This document shows, in pieces, positions 39,171-52,364 of a DNA stretch of 64,000 nucleotides. The position numbers were made by a program, and so were the translations under genes. The notes under the pieces were generated by a model that saw only the letters and a list, made by a program, of their open reading frames with translations, was not told where the DNA came from and did no database searches. Numbering within the stretch: position 1 is the stretch's first letter; each line of letters opens with the position of its first letter. The stretch spans positions 133,300,001 to 133,364,000 of the forward strand of contig OX597816.1 of the NCBI GenBank assembly GCA_951406725.2. The letters are read 5' to 3'. This DNA comes from Octopus vulgaris (taxonomy: Eukaryota).

Positions 39171-39856
39171 TCTATTTGAATTTTAAATGTTTACAGCAGA
39201 GGATAACTCAGTGGTTAAAGTGTCAGGCTCACAATCATGAGCTAGTGAGTTCAGTTGCCATAGTGGGCTGTTTGTTGTGTTCTTGAGCAAGACACTTTAT
39301 TTCACATTGCTCCAGTTCACTCACTTGTAGAAATTAGTTGCAACGTCACTTGTGCCAAGCTGTATTGACGTTTGCTTCTCCCTTGGATACTATTGGTGTC
39401 ATGGAGAGGCTGGTATGCATGGGCAACTGCTAGCCTTCTATAAACAACCTTGCCCAGATTTGTGCCTTGGGAGGGAAACTTTCTAAGTGCAATCCCATAG
39501 TCATTTATGACCAAAAGGAGTTTTTATTTTTTACCCATTTTACAGCAGTAGAGAAGGATTCTCCATGTTTTAGATAATTCCTACTGTGACTTTTCTGGGG
39601 TTTTTTTTTTCTATCTAAGACTACATTAACCATAGTGTCCTTCCTTTGTCAGTGGCAGCTCTACTTCTCTTTATTATATTGATGACTTTAGTAAATGTAC
39701 CTTTTTTATGAATGAAACTTGCATATTGAATGAAGACTATTATGCAATAATTAAGAAAATATTTCAGATCTTAATTTCATTCTATGAATTAACAATAGTC
39801 AAAAGTTATTATAAATCCTTCTTATAACTTCTATCTTTGTATGTTTTAGATTAAAG

Positions 39857-42800
39857 ATGCAGTCAAATAAATTACTGGCTAAATTCCTTTGTCCACATAT
39901 AACCACTTGCTTGTCTACTCGAGTTCCAGCATCTTTTGTCCTTCCAACGATTGGAAACTATTTTCGAAGTTCTCAAAAGGATTACTTACAAGAATCAAGA
40001 GGTTTCAAATATAGCTCTGAATCTCAAAAACACGTTATTTTGAAGAAGCAATGTGGATCCTTATCAAGAATACCAAATGAAAACAATCGTCATTTCTCAT
40101 TTTCTACACAGAAGATAGTCACTGCTGCACCTCAACATATCCAACCATATTTAAGACTCATACGCTTAGATAAACCAATTGGTAAAAACGAAATTTTATA
40201 TTCCTCTTGTCATATAGATTAAACTCATCTTGTTTTTATTCAAATTTGCATTCTCAAATTCTTTACAAATTTTCCATGTTATACCTCTTTAATATTTATC
40301 AGCTAGTGGTAAAAAGCTTGCTCCCCAATCACATGGTTCCATTTACATTCCCACTGCATGGCACCTTAAGTAAGTGTCTTCTACTCTAGTTTTGGGCCAA
40401 CCAAAACCTTGTGAGTGAATTTGGTAAACAGAAACTGAAAGAAGCCCATCATGTATATATGTGTGTTTGTGTCTTTATGTCTGTGTTTGTCCCTCACCAC
40501 TTGACAATCGTTGTTGGTGTGTTTATATCCCTGTAACTTAGCAGTTTGGCAAAAAGAGACTGCTAGAATAAGTACCTAGCTTTTAAAAAAATAAGTTCTG
40601 GGGTTGATTTGTTTGATTAAAACCCTTCAAGACAGTGCCCCAGCATGACCATAGTCAAATGACTGAAACAAGTCCCAAAAATACTAACAAACAAACTTTT
40701 CCATAAAAATTATTTCAATGTTCTTATATTTTCAGGAACATGGCTATTATACTGGCCTTGCACTTGGAGTATAGCTATGGCTGCTACACCTGGTCATCTT
40801 CCAGACTTGAAAATGTTGACGTTATTTGGAGTTGGGGCATTAATAATGCGTGGAAGTGGTTGCATTATCAATGACATGTGGGATAGAGACTTTGATAAGA
40901 AAGTTAGTTTATTTTTGTCATTTGATTTTTGTTTTACCTAAAATAATGTGATGATGTTTTTGTTGACTATGTTGATATGTTTTGGAATCGTTAGAGCTGT
41001 GGCAGAGCAGAATCAGTAGAGTGCCAAACAAAATACTTGTGTACTTTTAGATTTTGTATTCAGTTCCCACTAGATTTGACTTTATCCTCGAAAATAAAAA
41101 AAACAAATAACAGATATGTATTTGAGACAGTTTGATCTGCTTTTTCCTCTGCATTTGTGAAGATTTTATATCTTATAAAGTTGAAACTCAACAATCTCTA
41201 GAAGTCAAGAAAGAGGAACATTAGAAAGCCTTAACTAAAGAAGTATCTTAATCAGGAATGGTTGAACATATATGATGCATGAGAAGAAAAACATATTCCA
41301 CTGTTGTATGAAATTTTCATTATCACTTGACAGCTGCTGTGGAAAGTTATAAAAATCAAAGAAGCAATACATTACTGAAGAATAGAATCTGAGGAAACTA
41401 AGGAAGGTCTGTGTCTGCAAATAGTTGCTGATAACTCAATTAGTAAGCTCAGCTCTATATGGCTGTCTTTAATGAAATTAAATGACTTTGAAATGTAGAA
41501 TTAATTGTACATGTGTCTGTAGAGTAGTGAACAAGAACATTATTACTCTTAGTTTAGAAATAAAGCTTCTTTGAATCTGGTTTGGTATTTGTACTCATCC
41601 AGGAATTAGATTGTTGGTGGCAAATGAGCATCAGATTGATTGAGACATAGTGTAGTTATAAATATTGGTTTCAAATTTTGGTACAAGGCCAGCAAGTTTG
41701 AGCAAAGGGGTAAATCAATTACATCAACCCTAGTGCATAACTGGTACTTATTTTATCAACCTCAAAAGGATGAAAGGTAAAGTCAACCTCAACAGAAAGT
41801 GTAGATGTAAAATAAATATTGATAACATTTTTTTAAAAATTATAATCTTGTTGCTTATTCCAGTTTTGAAATACAATCATACAAAGATTAAAATGGTTCA
41901 TGTGCATAATGTAGATAAATTCTTGTTTCAGGTAACACGAACTGTGACACGACCTATAGCTGCTGGAGAAATAAGTCGTTTTGAAGCCCTTGTATTTCTT
42001 GGTTCTCAGTTAACACTAGGTCTGGCCATACTTCTTCAACTAAACTGGTACAGGTTAGTCTTCAGATTTTTTTCCTCTTCACAAGAGAAACAAATGTTCC
42101 AAATAAACTTTGGTTTCATTTAGTCAAAACTTTTCTTTCAGTAAGTGTCACAAGAACAAGGAGCCTTTCATTTCCATATACAATTTACCTAAGCAGATTT
42201 TCATGGTGGCTTAGTTGTAAGGTTCTGTCTACAAGATAACCTCACATACCCCAAAATTATGTTTTGCTGTTTAATCCTAGATCAATCCTGATTAAGGAGA
42301 CCTTTTATCAAAAGAATCTCAGCTGTAACCATCTTATTCTTGAGGAGAACATAGCACTACATTATCCTTATTTAAGATAGTATAGTTAGTCTCTGAGCTC
42401 CTACAAAATGATGAGGGATGCTCTCCTCCATGCTCACATATACCAGACAGATTTTGTTGTGGTAGATTTTCTGCAGCTTCATACACTTCCTGTTGCTAAC
42501 CCTCACCTGTTTCCAAAGACTGCAAATGAAGGATACTGCTTGTACGATGGTGACAATTGTTTACAACTATCACACGGTGTCATGGCAAGAAGACAGTAAT
42601 ACACACATACACATATAATACATATATATACAACATGTTACTTTCCATTTCCATCTACCAAATTCACTCACAAGGCTTGAGTCAGCATGGGGCTATAGTA
42701 GAAGACACTTGCCCTAAGTTGGACTGAACCCTAAACCATATGGTTGAGAAGTACACTTCTTACCACATCTTTGGTAATAAAAATATAAATATGGAACTTA

Positions 42801-44819
42801 AATCTCCATTTTTAGTGAACTTTGTTTGAATTCAATCATTATCTGAAATTTCATTAAACATCCATATTTAGCAGATAATAAGAATTCCATAGTGTGCATT
42901 TTAATTCTATTTAAATAATGTTTGTGTCAGATTAATAATACTAAAGTGTTTGTGTCACATGTCGTATTGAGTTTGCTGTTAATTTCATTTTTCTATTCAG
43001 TGTTATTCTGGGAACAACCTCAATGCTGTTCGTAACAACATATCCACTAGCTAAACGTTTTACCTATTGGCCACAGATTGTACTGGGTAAGTATATTTTA
43101 ATGCTTGTTCTATCATTTTACTTTGAATTTTTTCTAAGTTTGTCAACAGCAAGAGAGCCACCAGTTCTACTTTCTGTGTTTATGCTAAATTAATTCATCT
43201 CCTATTTATGGAACTATTTATACCTACCAGGAAAGCTTTTACTGGAAACTGCTGAATAAAACATTGGTTCCTATTACTAATAGACCAACAAAATAAGTAC
43301 TGAGGTTGATTTGTTTCACTAAAACCCCTTCAAAGTGGTATCCCAACAGCATTGCTGCAATCCAATGACTGTAACAAGTAAAAAAAAGATACTGTTGCAA
43401 TAACTTGTATCATTGTTCTTCATGTGCAAGAGTTACATGTTACCAAGATTAATTCTGTATGATTTTGTCTCAGCCTTATGCCAGATTAGTACTAGCGTTT
43501 TGGTGCTGCCATGTTTTCATTTGTGTGTGTGTGTGTCAGTATTCCTATTCATATGTCTGTCCTAGTGTAAATTGAATCTGCTTGGAAATTGTATGCTTTC
43601 TCTTATCACTAGTCTTCTCTGAGACTCTGTAGCTTATCAGGCCAATGAGTCTTCTCCATCTGACAATCACCTAATTATATCACTATCATCATCAACATCT
43701 GTTTTTTCATGCTTGCATTGACTGAATGGATCTGTTCCAGTGCAGCACCTTACCATATGTGGTGGTCCTTCTTTATTCTAATACAAAACCACCAGTCTCT
43801 GTTATGTGCGACATGAGGGAAATGTGTCTTTATGCATTGATGTCTTTCTATTGCCAACTATTTTACAGCATGGACTATATTTTTTGTGCCACCAACATTA
43901 ATGAGATTGTTGTAGCATAACTAAAGAGTAATCTTTACTATGTATTAGTTTTTATTTAGCGCTACTACCTCCTAAGCAGATAGCCTTTGCTGTGGCTTGC
44001 AGACTTCATCCACACTGCTTTCATTTTATCCTTTTGTGGCATAATTTTTACAATTGAAGGCATCCTATGCTATCAGCACTAGAGTGATTGTCTGCCAGAA
44101 CTTTCTACTCTGTATGTTTTTGATTTTTTTGATATTTATTTAGATTTACTGCCATCTTTGATGAGTCTTCTTTGTTGCAGTCTGTGACATCTCCTGATTA
44201 TAGTGGAACCTTTCTCATTTAATGTAGGGCTTGTTCACAGTTTATATATTTGTATATAGATGTGTTTATATGTATACATTTAACATCATCATCATTTTAC
44301 ATCTGTTATCCATGCTGCTATAAGCTAGGCAGGTCATTGCTGCTGTCTTTAATGAGTCAGATTACATCTCCCTTCTAAGTTTAATTTATGACTTAGTTTC
44401 TCTGACTGGATGTCCTGCTTAACTCCAGCCACTTCACAGAATGTAATGAATGCAGTTTTTCATGGCATCAGTACCACAAACAAGACTAAATGGTTCTCTT
44501 AACTCTCTCCACAATTTACACAATGTACCGGATACCTTTTTATCATGGCTCCAACATGAGAGAGTGGTGGATAGCAAAAGGTAGCTAAATAGTAAGATTG
44601 AAGAGTAGTAGTGGATGTATATATCAATCTATCTATCATATATATATAAATGAGAGAAAGAAAATGTAATTCATGAGACATTTTGATCTATCATGCACTG
44701 GTACCTCACAGGTGAGATGCTGTATAAACAATTTTGGTGCATTGTAGATGAAGATGTGTCTCCTCACATGACTTGTCAAGTGGTAGCTTGTTTTTTTTAT
44801 TTGCCATTTCACTTATATA

Positions 44820-44868
<49 letters not shown>

Positions 44869-47800
44869 ATACATGTGTGCACACACACAAACCAGACAGC
44901 TAAACTGTTATTACATTCTGTTACTAGGATGATAATATTTGTCATTACAACTGTGTAAGTGAGTGCATATATAACAAACAGAGACATATATGAACACATG
45001 AATTAATGGATTGTCAATATGTTTTCTATTTAAGGAATAACATTCAACTATGGTGCTCTGTTAGGTTGGTCAGCAGTGAGAGGTTCATGTGATTGGCCAG
45101 TTGTTCTCCCTTTGTATTTAAGCTGTGTTACTTGGACTCTTATATATGATACTATTTATGCTCACCAGGTAAGCTTTTCACTTATATATATATATATATC
45201 ATCATCATCATTTAACATCTGCTTTCCATGTTGGCTTGGGTTGGACAGTTAAAACCAGTTAACGTGTAGGATGCACAAATGCATTATACACTTATATGAT
45301 AAGTTTCCAGTTATGACATTTCACTCACAAGGTGTTGGTCAACCCAAGACTACTCTTGCCAAAAGTGCCATTCTATAGGATTGAACCCAGAACTAATTGC
45401 TTGTAAAGTGAACACCTTAATTTAACAATCACACCTACACAGTATCAACTTTTCCATGTTTGCATGGGTCATGCAGACTTTGTTGAGGTGGATTTTCTAT
45501 GGCCAGATGCCATTCCTGTTGCCAGCCCTCACTAGTTTCCAAGTAAGGTAATATTTCCCCATAACCAGACATGTTCACACAGAATATTGGAAACAAAGGT
45601 CACTTCCTGCATGACAGTAATGCCAGTGACAATAACATACAAGCACAAGCACACACACATGTATATGATGAGCTTCCTTCAGTTACTGTCCACCATATCC
45701 ACTCACAAGGCTTTGGTCAGCCTGAGACTATAGTAGAAGACACTTTTCCTAGATATTACACAGTGGGACTGAACTTGGACACATGCTTGGGAAGCAAACT
45801 TCTTACTTCACAGTCACACCTGTGCATATATATAGTTTTGTTTGGGTTTTTTCGTGACACAAAAACATAACAGTACTCAATGCGATTTTGTGTTATCAAT
45901 TTGTAGTTTGATACATGTTTAGGTGTAAAATAAACAGGAATAACTTTCCTAGGCAATAATTTTATTAACTCAACCCTTTAGTTGACGCTCCATATCAGCA
46001 CAAGGATACAGGGTGGCATAGGTAGCCATAAGACCCTTTCTGAAGCGGTTTTTTTTTACAGCTGGATAGCTCGTCACCAACAGTTTCTTATATATATATA
46101 TATATATATTTTGCCTTTCAACCTTCTAGATACAGTAAAATAATTAACTGTCAAGAAATGGGGTTCATCTTAATTGACCATATCTGTATATTCTTACACT
46201 GACTTATGAATTTTTTTGCCTGTGTTAGAAATCAGTTACAAAGCAGAATTTGATAAATCCAATAGAAAATGTTTTATACTTTGTTTCTTTACTTAATCAG
46301 GACAAATCCGATGATATGAAGATTGGAGTGAAATCAACAGCATTAAAATTTGGTGACCAAACCAAGCAATGGTTAGCAGGCTCAAGTGTGTTTATGTTTG
46401 GTAACCTGGCTTTATCAGGTTATATGTGTGATCAGATATGGCCTTATTATACAGCACTTACCTTCACTATGCTGCATGTGGCAAACCAAGTAAGAAAAAT
46501 GTTAATTCATATAATAATGCACATAGTAAAACTCAGGTTAATTCTTTACTTCATTGGAGACATATTATTGCATGTGTGTGAATGTAAGTAAATAAGTAGT
46601 AGTTAGATTGAAACATGATCGAGAATGTTGACCTAGTAAAACAATGCCTCCTCTCTCAATAAAAACTACGTTCCCCTTTCCACTAGAAAGTTTACTATGA
46701 GCAAGAGAGTCTTTATGATTAGCCACCCATTCAGAAATATGCTAATGATAATAGTCTCCTATATTCAACTGGAATTCAAGGACACAACTGAACATTTAAT
46801 CTTCATATAGTATATCTGGAGTAAGTTCATTTGGTATGCTTTATCCCTTTTGTTTTAAAGCACCTAATGAAACATTTAGTGGTTTTACAATAAGTTGATC
46901 CTCCTGTGCAGTCTCTACTTACATCTAGGATAAGTTGATCACTTGAGATTTATGTATCTTTGCTACTGACTCGATGCAGTGCCAGTGATAGAGTGTGAAT
47001 CAGTGGCTGTCAGGTTCTACCTGCTATAAATTCCATGTAACCTAGTACACAAATTATTTTAGTAATGAAAGTAGTTATTGCCATTCACCCACTGAGTGAA
47101 GAAGTGTAAGCACTCTCTAAGATTGTCAATAGCTGACATTTCCTTGGGAGGAAATAAATGCCACTCAGATATCTACTTATTGAAACACTACATAATGACA
47201 GTTAAGCTCAAATACAAAATCAGATCAATTGAGTAATGACTGGGAGAGTGAAGGGTTGCATTTCTTGCAATATAATCTTACATCCTTCTTGGGCCATTGA
47301 TTTTGGATGGATGTCTGTTGTTGTACTGATGCAATCATTCACTTTTCCTCTCTCCACAACTCTCTCTTTCTGTAGCATGTCTTTGTTGTTTGTTCCTTCT
47401 CAAGCCATGCCCGGCTCATAAAGGCCAGTTTCATTGGCATATAGGTTCCCTACTTAGACGGGATGCCGATCCGTCTCAGATGAGCAGTTAGATGCAGGAG
47501 GAAAGAGTGAGAGAAAGTTGTGGCAAAAGAGTCAGCAGAAGTTTGCCATTGCCTTCTGCCGGAGCCACATGCAACTTAGATTCCATAAACACGCACATCG
47601 CGCAGTCTGAGATTCAAACCCATGATCCCTCAACCACAGGTCCACTGCTGTAACCACTAAGCCATGTGCCTTCATGCAACATGTCTTAGATACACCAAAG
47701 CCATGAAGATTTATTACTTCAACATATTCTTGATTTAAAAATAACTTTAGAGATTAACCTTCAATATATGAGTGCAAGACTAAGTATAGATTCTTATCCA

Positions 47801-48317
47801 GGACTAAACTGCTTCATGACACATTAACATATTTTATGATCCTTTCATACTGGATTGATTATGATCCTATTTATCAATAGCTGTAGTTGTAATTGATCAA
47901 TGTGTAGAGAAATCTTTTTCTGTGTTCTGATTGGGGAATATATTTATTGTAATGATAATAGTGATTGGTTATAATCAATGGCATTGATCATAGATTACAA
48001 TAATACCTTATGACATGATATGTCAAATTTCAGAAAACCTTTTATTACTTAACAAAAATGATTCAGTTTGTTTTCATATAATTATTTTTTATTCTACTTT
48101 TGATGTAGATTTTTGTTTGTTTTTGCTTCATTTTTTGTTTAAATCAATTTAGTCAATTAATTTTATATTAATTATTGTCATTTTTTCCTTCCAGATTTAT
48201 TCTGTAGATTTGAATAACCCAGCAGACTGTGCTAAGAAATTCTTGTCAAATGCAAAACTTGGAGCTGTGATGTTCTTTGGAATAACTCTTAGCAATCTTC
48301 TTAGAACAGTTTCATAG
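39857..48317 (+). CDS. COQ2: 4-hydroxybenzoate polyprenyltransferase, mitochondrial (UbiA family), 7 coding exons, 381 aa
   Basis: Exons 39857-40181, 40736-40902, 41932-42053, 43001-43086, 45035-45168, 46301-46489, 48195-48317 (TAG); all GT-AG and in phase. Motifs [17 protein letters not shown], first Asp-rich motif [21 protein letters not shown], second motif [19 protein letters not shown]. The basic, Ser-rich N-terminus resembles a mitochondrial presequence. AATAAA at 48501-48506. Confidence 0.96.
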
Positions 48318-48528
48318 TAACTTATTCTTGATACCCAATTGTCTTTCTCCTGAAAGTTCGGCAGATAATACATATATCCATCTTTACATTGAACTTTTGA
48401 AAAACATCATCTTTTCATGAAAAAAGAGTTTAAACACAATATTCAATATACAAGAGAAAAGCAGACAACATTTTCCAATGCCCTCCAGAACTGAATTCAC
48501 AATAAATATATATATATATATATATATA

Positions 48529-48974
48529 AACTGCACCCAACATCAACCACAAAACCAGCAGTTAGAAAATGTGGAAGGCCCAACTGCAGAATCTGTGTCA
48601 TCTTAGTAGAAGGTTCAGAATTTATACTAAAACAAGGCCATCAGTTCACCATTAGAACAAACTTCACCTGTGCATCAGAAAACTTAATTTACATCTTAAC
48701 ATGCGCAGGCTGCAATAGGCAATATATAGGCCATACAAAAAATAACAGTAACAGGATGGCGGTGCATAAATCACAAATTAGAAACCCTGAATACCGGAAA
48801 ATACCGGTTAGCGGACACATAGATAGATGTGCTGCAAATGAAAATCCGAAATTTACAACTTACCCACTTTACAAATTCAGTGACAGCGTAACCTTCATGC
48901 AACGCCAAAATAAAGAACTTTATTTCATCAAAAAATTTAGACCAAGTTTGAACACCCTGGGCCAGGAATATTAA
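48529..48974 (+). mobile_element. Penelope-like element 3' fragment: Cys-rich linker plus GIY-YIG endonuclease
   Basis: Open frame starting directly after (TA)n: CGRPNCRIC..FTCASENLIYILTCAGCNRQYIGHT..RMAVHKSQI..VSGHIDRC..RQNKELYFIKKFRPSLN. Confidence 0.85.
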
Positions 48975-49384
48975 AACAAAACATTGGTCTTCCGAAAAAG
49001 AAAAAACGAAACTCTACCACAACCACTACGACTGCTCCCACTAGCACTACCACTACTACAACCACCGTGGTCACTGTTACTACAGCCACAGTGAGAGAAT
49101 TAAAATAGTGGAGGTGGGGGCAATTACAATTTCTCAGATCCTTAAACAGTCACTCCTGCTTAGGGAAGGAAAAATTTATAAAAAGATTTTTTTCTCTGCG
49201 AACAGATCTGATTTTGATTAGTCAAAAAATTGATGACGTTTTACCTCAGTAGTCAAGCTTGTCGCCATGCTTGATTGGTTTCCTTACAAGATACAGTTAT
49301 GGGTCAGGTCTAATTCTGATTCGTTAAAAAATTGATGACGTTTTTCTTCCGTGGTCAAACTAGCCGTTCTGCAAGGTTAGCCAC

Positions 49385-50146
49385 CTAACAGGATACCCAT
49401 ACCAACCAGGGACCATTACACTAAGGAACTAATATACAGGATCGATGAATTTATCCACAGGATTAGATGGGAAATATTTAACCATGAGAAAAATCTCACA
49501 AAAGTGAACTACGAAGACAATAACGACCACGATTACACTAGAATAAGAAGTAATTATGAAGAAATAATTGAACTCACTAGAAATACTTTCAAATCAAGAA
49601 AATCACCACCACCAAACAAATACTTGGATAACTTCAAGCAGGACTTATGGAACACCATTAGGAGTATTAAATTCAAGAACCATCCACTAAGGAATAACCC
49701 ATACCAAAGGAAATTATAAGAACTCTTAAGAGTAAAACTTACCATGAGTTATTACTTAAGGAAATCACAAAAAAAATATAGGGTTGTACCTTTTGAGGTA
49801 GTAAGTACACAATATGATAATAGAGTATATATTGGGGCTACTAAGAATAATTTGAAACAGAGACTTAATTATCACAGATATACTTTTAAAAATAGGAATA
49901 GGATTAATTCTACAGGGTTAAGTGCATATATATGGGAGCTTAAGGACAAAAAAATCAATTATAATTTGCAATGGAAAATACTTATATCTGCACCAGCGTA
50001 TAATAATAGGAATAAAAAAATGCTCATTATGCATTAATGAGATTTTTTTTATAATTAAGGCTAATTTACCAATTATTAACAATCTTAAGGAACGAAATGT
50101 TTTATGCCTTCATAGACTGGCATATACTTTCTCTAGATACAAATAA
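49385..50146 (+). mobile_element. Second Penelope-like element, internally deleted (N-terminal region joined to GIY-YIG, no RT)
   Basis: RIPIPTRDHYTKELIYRIDEFIHRIRW..FKSRKSPPPNKYLDNFKQDL..IKF is followed within about 60 nt by RVYIGATKNNLKQRLNYHRYTF..TGLSAYIWELK..WKIL and CSLCINEIFFII..CLH. Confidence 0.78.
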
Positions 50147-50798
50147 TACGTAGTTCTAAATACCCTTTCAAATAGATGTAAATAGTTGTTAATAGCTTTT
50201 TTACTTTATTATATTTAGGAATACAAAATTGTAAAGGGTTATGGGCATATTATTATTTTTTGTATATCTATGCATAAGTGTATAATATGTATAATATATG
50301 TATTTGTATATGAATGTGTTTATATATTTTGATCTGAGTGTTTTTTGTGTGTACATATTTGTATTTTTTATATACTGGTACTTGTGTGTAAATATATCTT
50401 TATATTTATGTATATTGATATGTATTTACTTTTGGCTTTTAGTATATATATCTTGAAATGGCACAAAATGCTGGGAAGAAAATTACAGGAAGTGGAACTT
50501 ACAAACTGATACATGCTGTTAAATATAAGTTATCTCGCTCTGTAACCACACAAAGAATCTTTATAGATCCAGGAAGCAAATGAGCTGTTATACATGAATA
50601 AGGCAATTCATAATACCTTATAAAATAAAGGATTTAATCACTACAGAAGAAAAGACTTATGGTAAGAAGTTTGTTTTCCAACCACATGGTTTCAGGTTCA
50701 GTCCCACTGTATAGCACCTTAGGCAAGTGTCTTCTGCTATAGCTTTGGGCTGACCAAAGCCTTGTGAGTGAATTTGGTAGACGGAAACTGAAAGAAGC

Positions 50799-50851
<53 letters not shown>

Positions 50852-52364
50852 ATGTATGTATGTGCATGTAGTGAAGGCTTAGTGATTAGGGTATTTGGCT
50901 CGCAATCATTAGGTTGTGTGTTCAATTCCAGGCGACGCATTTTGTCCTTGAGTAAGTCACTTTATTTCACATTTCCCCAGTCCACTCACCTAGCAAAAAT
51001 TAGTACCTGTATTTCAAAGGACCAGCTTTGTCATGTACTGTGTCATGCTAAATCTCCCTGAGAACTACATTCAGGGTACACGAGTCTGTTGAATACTCAG
51101 CCACATGAACATTAATTTCACAAGCAGGCTGTTCCATTGATTGGATCAACTTGAACCCCTCTTGTCATAACCAATGGAGTACCAGTGTATACATATGTGT
51201 CTTTGAAATTTGTGTTTACATTCCCATAACTAAGTGGTTCAGCAAAAGAGACCAATAGAATATGTACCAGGCTTTAAAAAAAGTATGAGAGTTGATTTAT
51301 TCAACTGAAAACCCTTCAAGGTAGTGCCCCAGTATGGCTACAGTCTAATGAGTGAAACATGTAAAGGATACAAGATACCATCAGGACATGTTTTTAACTA
51401 TTTGAAATACTAAATTCATAACAATAATTAATCTTTCCTAGAAATGTTAGAGAAATAGATGTATTTAAAATAGCCACAGGTTTGTCTGTGTAATTAAGAA
51501 GTTTGCATCTTCGTCACGAGGTTTCAGTTCAGGTTCAGTTCCACTATGTGGCACCTTGGGCATGTATCTTTTACTACAACCCAAGATCAAACAAATCCAT
51601 TTATGTATGTGTGTCTTTGTTTACATCTGCTGCTCACTTATTCAAAAATCACAATGTTCACATGGTGCTCCGTTGGCATTTCTTTCGTCAATAAATTGCC
51701 TGCTTACTTTATTGCTTTGCAGTTATGTTGAAAAAGTGATCCCTTTCTTGAAAAACAGGTAAAGGTTAGTATCAGGAATGGTATCCAGCCTCAATAACAC
51801 AATTGTCTAACATGAAAAAATTTGTAAAACAAAGGAGTGAAGATGAGAATCAAAATTGATGTTTGTCCAACCCATGACAGCATGGAAAACAGACATTAAA
51901 TGATCCCATGCCAGTGGCATGTAAACGGCACCCAGCACACTGTAAATTTGTTGGCATTATGAAGGGCATCCAACCAAAAAAAACATGCCAAAACAGACAA
52001 GTGGAGCCTGGACAGCTTTCTGACTGGCCATCTCCTGTCAAACCATCCATCCCATACCAGCATGGAAAATGAGTGTTAAATGATGATGGTGTTAGTGATC
52101 CCTTAGAATACTTGTTGACCTAGAAAGGAATGAACACAAAGCTATAACAGACCAAGAAGTACTTCATAAAGTCACAGCATGTGGCAAGGCTCACCCACAA
52201 TTATAACTAAAGAAATCAAAACAACAGAAAATGTTACACAAAATTTTATTTAATGATACAAAAAATAAATAAACAAGTTTTTCCCCCTCAACAAGATACA
52301 TATGTAACTCCCTTTCTGTTTATCACCCACAATTTTGACTGTTTAAAAATAGTTTTCTTCTATG

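Noticed and set aside
44693-44999. Several overlapping ORFs rich in IY/HT repeats (also 119-322, 27518-27836, 50737-50940)
   Set aside because: Translations of (TA)n/(CA)n microsatellites.
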